A stretch of 64,000 nucleotides of DNA from the NCBI GenBank assembly GCA_964016885.1, contig OZ024741.1, positions 258,230,001-258,294,000 of the forward strand. The letters run 5' to 3'. This stretch comes from Eledone cirrhosa. Lineage: Eukaryota. The first letter of the stretch is position 1, and every line of letters starts with the position of its first letter. A model generated the notes under the pieces. That model saw only the letters and a list, made by a program, of their open reading frames with translations, was not told the DNA's origin and ran no database searches. Shown piece by piece: positions 55,835 to 64,000 of this stretch. Made by a program: the position numbers and the translations under genes.

Positions 55835-58800
55835 GCTTACGAGTGTTTCGACTTACGAGTGTTCTGACTTACGAGTGTTCTGACTTATGAGTGTTCTGAC
55901 TTACGAGTGTTCTGACTTACGAGTGTTCTGACTTACGAGTGTTTCGACTTACGAGTGTTTTGACTTACTGGTGTTTTGACATACGAGTGTTTCTATACGA
56001 GTGTTTCGACTTACGAGTGTTCTGACTTACGAGTGTTCTAACTTACGAGTGTTCTGACTTACGAGTGTTCTGACTTACGAGTGTTCAGACTTACGAGTGT
56101 TTCGGCTCACGTGTGTTTCGGCTTACGAGTGTTTCGGCTTACGAGTGTTTCGACTTACGAGTGTTTTGACTTACGGTGTTTCGGCTTACGAGTGTTTCGA
56201 CTTACGAGTGTTTTGACTTACGAGTGTTCTGACTTACGAGTGTTCTGACTTACGAGTGTTCTGACTTACGAGTGTTCTGACATACGTGTGTTCTGAGTTA
56301 CGAGTGTTCCGATTACGAGTGTTTCGGCATATGAGTGTTTCGACTTACGGATGTTTTTGCTTACGGGTGTTTCGACTTACGAATGTTTTTGCTTACGAGT
56401 GTTTCGGCTTACGAGTGTTTCGACTTACGAAAATAACAAATAGACGCGGTTTCAAATCTCTATGCTTTTCAAATTCATTACATTAATCTTTATTTACACG
56501 TTTCGCTTTACGAGTGTTTCGACTTACGAGTGTTTCGACTTACGAGTGTTTCGACTTACGAGTGTTTCGACTTACGAGTGTTTCGACTTACGAGTGTTTT
56601 GACTTACGAGTGTTCTGACTTACGAGTGTTCTGACTTACGAGTGTTTCGACTTACGAGTGTTCTGACTTACGAGTCTTCTGACTTACGAATGTTCCGACT
56701 TACGAGTGTTTCGACTTACGAGTGTTTCGACTTACGAGTGTTTCGACTTACGAGTGTTTCGGCTTACGAGTGTTTTGACTTACGAGTGTTCTGACTACGA
56801 GTGTTCTGACTTACGAGTGTTTCGGCTTATGAGTGTTTCGACTTACGAGTGTTTCGGCTTATGAGTGTTTCGTCTTACGAGTGTTTCGGCTTACGAGTGT
56901 TTCGACTTACGAGTGTTTCGACTTACGAGTGTTTCGACTTACGGGTGTTTCGACTTACGAGTGTATCGACTACGAGTGTTTCGACTTACGAGTGTTTCGG
57001 CTTACGAGTGTTTCGACATACGGGTGTTTCGACTTACGGTGTTTCGGCTTACGAGTGTTTAGATACGAGTGTTCTGACTTACGAGTGTTCTGACTTACGA
57101 GTGTTCTGACTTACGAGTGTTCCGACTTTACGAGTGTTTCGGCTCACGAGTCTTTCGGCTTACGAGTGTTTCGACTTACGAAAATAACAAATAGACGCGG
57201 TTTCAAATCTCTATGCTTTTCAAATTCGTTACATTAATCTTTATTTATACGTTTCGCTTTACGAGTGTTTCGACTTACGAGTGTTTCGACATACGAGTGT
57301 TTCGGCTTACGAGTGTTTTAATTTACGAGTGTTTTGAATTACGGGTGCTTCGACTTACGCGTGTTTCGACTTACGAGTGTTTCGACTTACGAGTGTTTCG
57401 ACTTACGAGTGATTCGACTTACGAATGTTTTGACTTACGGGTGTTTCGGCTTGCGAGTGTTTCGACTTAGGAGTGTTTCGGTGGCGAGTGTTTCGACTTA
57501 CGAGTGTTTTGACTTAAGGGTGTTTCGACTTACGAGTGTTTCGACTTACGAGTGTTTCGACTTACGAGTGTTTCGGCTTACGAGTGTTTTGACTTAAGGG
57601 TGTTTCGACTTACGAGTGTTTCGATACGAGTGTTTCGACTTACGAGTGTTCTGACTTACGATTGTTCTGACTTACGAGCGTTCTGACTTACGAGTGTTCT
57701 GACTTACGAGTGTTTCGGCTTACGAGTGTTTCGGCTTACGAGTGTTTCGACTTACGAGTGTTTCGACTTACGAGTGTTCCGACTTACGGGTGTTTCGACT
57801 TACGAGTGTTTTGGCTTATAGTGTTTCGGCTTACGAGTGTTTCGAGTTAAGAGTGTTTTGACTTACGCGTGTTTTGACATACGAGTGTTCTGACTTACGA
57901 GTGTTCTGACTTACGAGTGTTCTGACTTACGAGTGTTCTGACTTACGAGTGTTCTGACATACGTGTGTTCTGAGTTACGAGTGTTCCGATTTACGAGTGT
58001 TTCGGCATATGAGTGTTTCGACTTACGGATGTTTTTGCTTACGGGTGTTTCGACTTACGAATGTTTTTGCTTACGAGTGTTTCGACTTACGAGTGTTCTG
58101 ACTTACGAGTGTTCTGACTTATGAGTGTTCTGACTTACGAGTGTTCTGACTTACGAGTGTTCTGACTTACGAGTGTTTCGACTTACGAGTGTTTTGACTT
58201 ACTGGTGTTTTGACATACGAGTGTTTCTATACGAGTGTTTCGACTTACGAGTGTTCTGACTTACGAGTGTTCTAACTTACGAGTGTTCTGACTTACGAGT
58301 GTTCTGACTTACGAGTGTTCAGACTTACGAGTGTTTCGGCTCACGTGTGTTTCGGCTTACGAGTGTTTCGGCTTACGAGTGTTTCGACTTACGAGTGTTT
58401 TGACTTACGGTGTTTCGGCTTACGAGTGTTTCGACTTACGAGTGTTTTGACTTACGAGTGTTCTGACTTACGAGTGTTCTGACTTACGAGTGTTCTGACT
58501 TACGAGTGTTCTGACATACGTGTGTTCTGAGTTACGAGTGTTCCGATTACGAGTGTTTCGGCATATGAGTGTTTCGACTTACGGATGTTTTTGCTTACGG
58601 GTGTTTCGACTTACGAATGTTTTTGCTTACGAGTGTTTCGGCTTACGAGTGTTTCGACTTACGAAAATAACAAATAGACGCGGTTTCAAATCTCTATGCT
58701 TTTCAAATTCATTACATTAATCTTTATTTACACGTTTCGCTTTACGAGTGTTTCGACTTACGAGTGTTTCGACTTACGAGTGTTTCGACTTACGAGTGTT

Positions 58801-60302
58801 TCGACTTACGAGTGTTTCGACTTACGAGTGTTTTGACTTACGAGTGTTCTGACTTACGAGTGTTCTGACTTACGAGTGTTTCGACTTACGAGTGTTCTGA
58901 CTTACGAGTCTTCTGACTTACGAATGTTCCGACTTACGAGTGTTTCGACTTACGAGTGTTTCGACTTACGAGTGTTTCGACTTACGAGTGTTTCGGCTTA
59001 CGAGTGTTTTGACTTACGAGTGTTCTGACTACGAGTGTTCTGACTTACGAGTGTTTCGGCTTATGAGTGTTTCGACTTACGAGTGTTTCGGCTTATGAGT
59101 GTTTCGTCTTACGAGTGTTTCGGCTTACGAGTGTTTCGACTTACGAGTGTTTCGACTTACGAGTGTTTCGACTTACGGGTGTTTCGACTTACGAGTGTAT
59201 CGACTACGAGTGTTTCGACTTACGAGTGTTTCGGCTTACGAGTGTTTCGACATACGGGTGTTTCGACTTACGGTGTTTCGGCTTACGAGTGTTTAGATAC
59301 GAGTGTTCTGACTTACGAGTGTTCTGACTTACGAGTGTTCTGACTTACGAGTGTTCCGACTTTACGAGTGTTTCGGCTCACGAGTCTTTCGGCTTACGAG
59401 TGTTTCGACTTACGAAAATAACAAATAGACGCGGTTTCAAATCTCTATGCTTTTCAAATTCGTTACATTAATCTTTATTTATACGTTTCGCTTTACGAGT
59501 GTTTCGACTTACGAGTGTTTCGACATACGAGTGTTTCGGCTTACGAGTGTTTTAATTTACGAGTGTTTTGAATTACGGGTGCTTCGACTTACGCGTGTTT
59601 CGACTTACGAGTGTTTCGACTTACGAGTGTTTCGACTTACGAGTGATTCGACTTACGAATGTTTTGACTTACGGGTGTTTCGGCTTGCGAGTGTTTCGAC
59701 TTAGGAGTGTTTCGGTGGCGAGTGTTTCGACTTACGAGTGTTTTGACTTAAGGGTGTTTCGACTTACGAGTGTTTCGACTTACGAGTGTTTCGACTTACG
59801 AGTGTTTCGGCTTACGAGTGTTTTGACTTAAGGGTGTTTCGACTTACGAGTGTTTCGATACGAGTGTTTCGACTTACGAGTGTTCTGACTTACGATTGTT
59901 CTGACTTACGAGCGTTCTGACTTACGAGTGTTCTGACTTACGAGTGTTTCGGCTTACGAGTGTTTCGGCTTACGAGTGTTTCGACTTACGAGTGTTTCGA
60001 CTTACGAGTGTTCCGACTTACGGGTGTTTCGACTTACGAGTGTTTTGGCTTATAGTGTTTCGGCTTACGAGTGTTTCGAGTTAAGAGTGTTTTGACTTAC
60101 GCGTGTTTTGACATACGAGTGTTCTGACTTACGAGTGTTCTGACTTACGAGTGTTCTGACTTACGAGTGTTCTGACTTACGAGTGTTCTGACATACGTGT
60201 GTTCTGAGTTACGAGTGTTCCGATTTACGAGTGTTTCGGCATATGAGTGTTTCGACTTACGGATGTTTTTGCTTACGGGTGTTTCGACTTACGAATGTTT
60301 TT
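55835..60302 (+). repeat. Tandem duplication, 2234-bp unit
   Basis: Linkers 56431/58665 and 57182/59416; private variant GTTCAGACTT at about 56083 and 58317. Confidence 0.92.
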
Positions 60303-63300
60303 GCTTACGAGTGTTTCGGCTTACGAGTGTTTCGACTTACGAAAATAACAAATAGACGCGGTTTCAAATCTCTATGCTTTTCAAATTCATTACATTAATC
60401 TTTATTTACACGTTTCGCTTTACGAGTGTTTCGACTTACGAGTGTTTCGACTTACGAGTGTTTCGACTTACGAGTGTTTTGACTTACGAGTGTTCTGACT
60501 TACGAGTGTTCTGACTTACGAGTGTTTCGACTTACGAGTGTTCTGACTTACGAGTGTTCTGACTTACGAATGTTCCGACTTACGAGTGTTTCGACTTACG
60601 AGTGTTTCGACTTACGAGTGTTTCGACTTACGAGTGTTTCGAGTTAAGAGTGTTTTGACTTACGCGTGTTTTGACATACGAGTGTTCTGACTTACGAGTG
60701 TTCTGACTTACGAGCGTTCTGACTTACGAGTGTTCTGACTTACGAGTGTTCCGACTTACGAGTGTCTCGGCTTACGAGTGTTTCGGCTTACGAGTGTTTC
60801 GACTTACGAGTGTTTCGACTTACGAGTGTTTTGGCTTACGGTGTTTCGACTTACGAGTGTTTCGGCTTACGAGTGTTTTGACTTAAGGGTGTTTCGACTT
60901 ACGAGTGTTTCGATACGAGTGTTTCGACTTACGAGTGTTTCGGCTTACGAGTGTTTCGACTTACGAGTGTTTCGACTTACGAGTGTTCCGACTTACGGGT
61001 GTTTCGACTTACGAGTGTTTCGAGTTAAGAGTGTTTTGACTTACGCGTGTTTTGACATACGAGTGTTCTGACTTACGAGTGTTCTGACTTACGAGTGTTC
61101 TGACTTACGAGTGTTCTGACTTACGAGTGTTCTGACTTACGAGTGTTCCGACTTTACGAGTGTTTCGGCTCACGAGTGTTTCGGCTTACGAGTGTTTCGA
61201 CTTACGAAAATAACATATAGACGCGGTTTCAAATCTCTATGCTTTTCAAATTCATTACATTAATCTTTATTTATACGTTTCGCTTTACGAGTGTTTCGAC
61301 TTACGAGTGTTTCGACATACGAGTGTTTCGACTTACGAATGTTTTTGCTTACGGGTGTTTCGACTTACGAATGTTTCGGCTTACGAGTGTTTCGACTTAC
61401 GAGTGTTCTGACTTACGAGTGTTCTGACTTATGAGTGTTCTGACTTACGAGTGTTCTGACTTACGAGTGTTCCGACTTACGAGTGTTTCGGCTTACGAGT
61501 GTTTCGGCTTACGAGTGTTTCGACTTACGAGTGTTCTGACTTACGAGTGTTCTGACTTATGAGTGTTCTGACTTACGAGTGTTCTGACTTACGAGTGTTT
61601 CGACTTACTGGTGTTTTGATATACGAGTGTTTCTATACGAGTGTTTCGACTTACGAGTGTTCTGACTTACGAGTGTTCTAACTTACGAGTGTTCTGACTT
61701 ACGAGTGTTCTGACTTACGAGTGTTCCGACTTACGAGTGTTTCGGCTCACGTGTGTTTCGGCTTACGAGTGTTTCGGCTTACGAGTGTTTCGACTTACGA
61801 GTGTTTTGACTTACGGTGTTTCGGCTTACGAGTGTTTCGACTTACGAGTGTTTTGACTTACGAGTGTTCTGACTTACGAGTGTTCTGACTTACGAGTGTT
61901 CTGACTTACGAGTGTTCTGACATACGTGTGTTCTGAGTTACGAGTGTTCCGATTACGAGTGTTTCGGCATATGAGTGTTTCGACTTACGGATGTTTTTGC
62001 TTACGGGTGTTTCGACTTACGAATGTTTTTGCTTACGAGTGTTTCGGCTTACGAGTGTTTCGACTTACGAAAATAACAAATAGACGCGGTTTCAAATCTC
62101 TATGCTTTTCAAATTCATTACATTAATCTTTATTTACACGTTTCGCTTTACGAGTGTTTCGACTTACGAGTGTTTCGACTTACGAGTGTTTCGACTTACG
62201 AGTGTTTCGACTTACGAGTGTTTCGACTTACGAGTGTTCTGACTTACGAGTGTTCTGACTTACGAGTGTTTCGACTTACGAGTGTTCTGACTTACGAGTG
62301 TTCTGACTTACGAATGTTCCGACTTACGAGTGTTTCGACTTACGAGTGTTTCGACTTACGAGTGTTTCGACTTACGAGTGTTTCGGCTTACGAGTGTTTT
62401 GACTTACGAGTGTTCTGACTACGAGTGTTCTGACTTATGAGTGTTTCGGCTTATGAGTGTTTCGACTTACGAGTGTTTCGGCTTATGAGTGTTTCGTCTT
62501 ACGAGTGTTTCGGCTTACGAGTGTTTCGACTTACGAGTGTTTCGACTTACGAGTGTTTCGACTTACGGGTGTTTCGACTTACGAGTGTATCGACTACGAG
62601 TGTTTCGACTTACGAGTGTTTCGGCTTACGAGTGTTTCGACATACGGGTGTTTCGACTTACGGTGTTTCGGCTTACGAGTGTTTAGATACGAGTGTTCTG
62701 ACTTACGAGTGTTCTGACTTACGAGTGTTCTGACTTACGAGTGTTCTGACTTACGAGTGTTCCGACTTTACGAGTGTTTCGGCTCACGAGTCTTTCGGCT
62801 TACGAGTGTTTCGACTTACGAAAATAACAAATAGACGCGGTTTCAAATCTCTATGCTTTTCAAATTCGTTACATTAATCTTTATTTATACGTTTCGCTTT
62901 ACGAGTGTTTCGACTTACGAGTGTTTCGACATACGAGTGTTTCGGCTTACGAGTGTTTTAATTTACGAGTGTTTTGAATTACGGGTGCTTCGACTTACGC
63001 GTGTTTCGACTTACGAGTGTTTCGACTTACGAGTGTTTCGACTTACGAGTGATTCGACTTACGAATGTTTTGACTTACGGGTGTTTCGGCGTACGAGTCT
63101 TTTGACTTACGAGTGTTTCGACTTACGAGTGTTTTGACTTACGAATGTTCTGACTTACGGGTGTTTCGGCTTACGAGTGTTTCGACTTAGGAGTGTTTCG
63201 GTGGCGAGTGTTTCGACTTACGAGTGTTTTGACTTAAGGGTGTTTCGACTTACGAGTGTTTCGACTTACGAGTGTTTCGACTTACGAGTGTTTCGGCTTA

Positions 63301-64000
63301 CGAGTGTTTTGACTTAAGGGTGTTTCGACTTACGAGTGTTTCGATACGAGTGTTTCGACTTACGAGTGTTCTGACTTACGATTGTTCTGACTTACGAGCG
63401 TTCTGACTTACGAGTGTTCTGACTTACGAGTGTTTCGGCTTACGAGTGTTTCGGCTTACGAGTGTTTCGACTTACGAGTGTTTCGACTTATGAGTGTTCC
63501 GACTTACGGGTGTTTCGACTTACGAGTGTTTCGACTTACGAGTGTTTTGACTTACGAGTGTTTCGACTTACGAGTGTTTCGACTTACGAGTGTTTCGACT
63601 TACGAGTGTTTTGACTTACGAGTGTTCTGACTTACGAGTGTTTCGGCTTACGAGTGTTTCGGCTTACGAGTGTTTCGACTTACGAGTGTTTCGACTTACG
63701 AGTGTTTTGACTTACGAGTGTTCTGACTTACGAGTGTTCTGACTTACGAGTGTTTCGACTTACGAGTGTTCTGACTTACGAGTGTTCTGACTTACGAATG
63801 TTCCGACTTACGAGTGTTTCGACTTACGAGTGTTTCGACTTACGAGTGTTTCGACTTACGAGTGTTTCGACTTACGAGTGTTTTGACTTACGAGTGTTCT
63901 GACTTACGAGTGTTCTGACTTACGAGTGTTTCGACTTACGAGTGTTCTGACTTACGAGTGTTCTGACTTACGAATGTTCCGACTTACGAGTGTTTCGACT
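58070..64000 (+). repeat. Copy of about 47950-53890 (about 10.1-kb period), running off the window end
   Basis: Offsets 10099 (48566/58665), 10083 (49333/59416), 10115 (50228/60343, 51093/61208, 51956/62071) and 10127 (ORFs 53303/63430). Private variant TTTTGATATACG at about 51499 and 61614. Confidence 0.9.

Larger units (their letters stand above)
1253..62890 (+). repeat. Composite higher-order repeat: variable-length 16-mer tract + leader monomers + 69-bp linker
   Basis: The 55 linker copies differ from each other by only a few substitutions or a 2-bp deletion. Spacing ranges from 417 bp (6058 to 6475) to 4300 bp (16256 to 20556), mean about 1.1 kb. Confidence 0.93.
1..64000 (+). repeat. 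Satellite array of a 16-bp monomer (consensus GACTTACGAGTGTTTC), roughly 3,700 copies, open at both window edges
   Basis: TTACGA recurs every 16 bp throughout; pure consensus runs at e.g. 27851-27960 and 53680-53760. Common variants: TTTCGAC to TTTCGGC, TTTTGAC, TTCTGAC or TTCCGAC; TTACGAG to TTACGGG, TTATGAG or TTACGAA. No reverse-complement monomer (GAAACACTCGTAAGTC) was seen. Copy number is estimated as (64000 - 55x67)/16. Confidence 0.99.

Noticed and set aside
1253-62890. CRISPR array or integron-like cassette array
   Set aside because: The constant element is 69 bp without a strong palindrome, the intervening DNA is tandem repeat rather than unique spacers or genes, and no cas or integrase gene is present.
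14-63630. Numerous plus-strand ORFs encoding (LRVFRLTSVSTYECFD)n
   Set aside because: The consensus 16-mer has no plus-strand stop, and 16 mod 3 = 1, so all three frames give the same 16-aa repeat. ORFs overlap in all frames, end at TGA-creating variants, and are broken by 14/15/17-bp monomers. The minus strand has TAA in every monomer, which explains the absence of minus-strand ORFs. There is no sign of coding constraint.

Overview
The whole 64 kb is one non-coding, head-to-tail satellite array, probably eukaryotic. No gene, RNA gene, CRISPR array or intact mobile element is supportable. It has three levels of structure. (1) A 16-bp monomer, consensus GACTTACGAGTGTTTC (7/16 GC, two CpGs, a TaqI TCGA site at each consensus junction), with recurrent point variants and 14/15/17-bp length variants, all in one orientation. 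(2) An AT-rich 69-bp linker (AAATAACAAATAGACGCGGTTTCAAATCTCTATGCTTTTCAAATTCATTACATTAATCTTTATTTATAC), counted by eye 55 times. It always sits at the same monomer phase and orientation, 0.4-4.3 kb apart, behind one of two stereotyped runs of variant monomers. (3) Nested higher-order duplications from about 0.3 kb to about 18 kb, including an almost perfect 8.35-kb tandem duplication whose breakpoint can be placed within a few bases. All listed ORFs are translation artefacts of a stop-free 16-mer. The most interesting hypothesis, unproven, is that this is a composite centromere- or telomere-type satellite built from pogo/Tigger (CENP-B-related) transposon-end motifs. Coordinates and counts were made by eye and may be off by a few bases.
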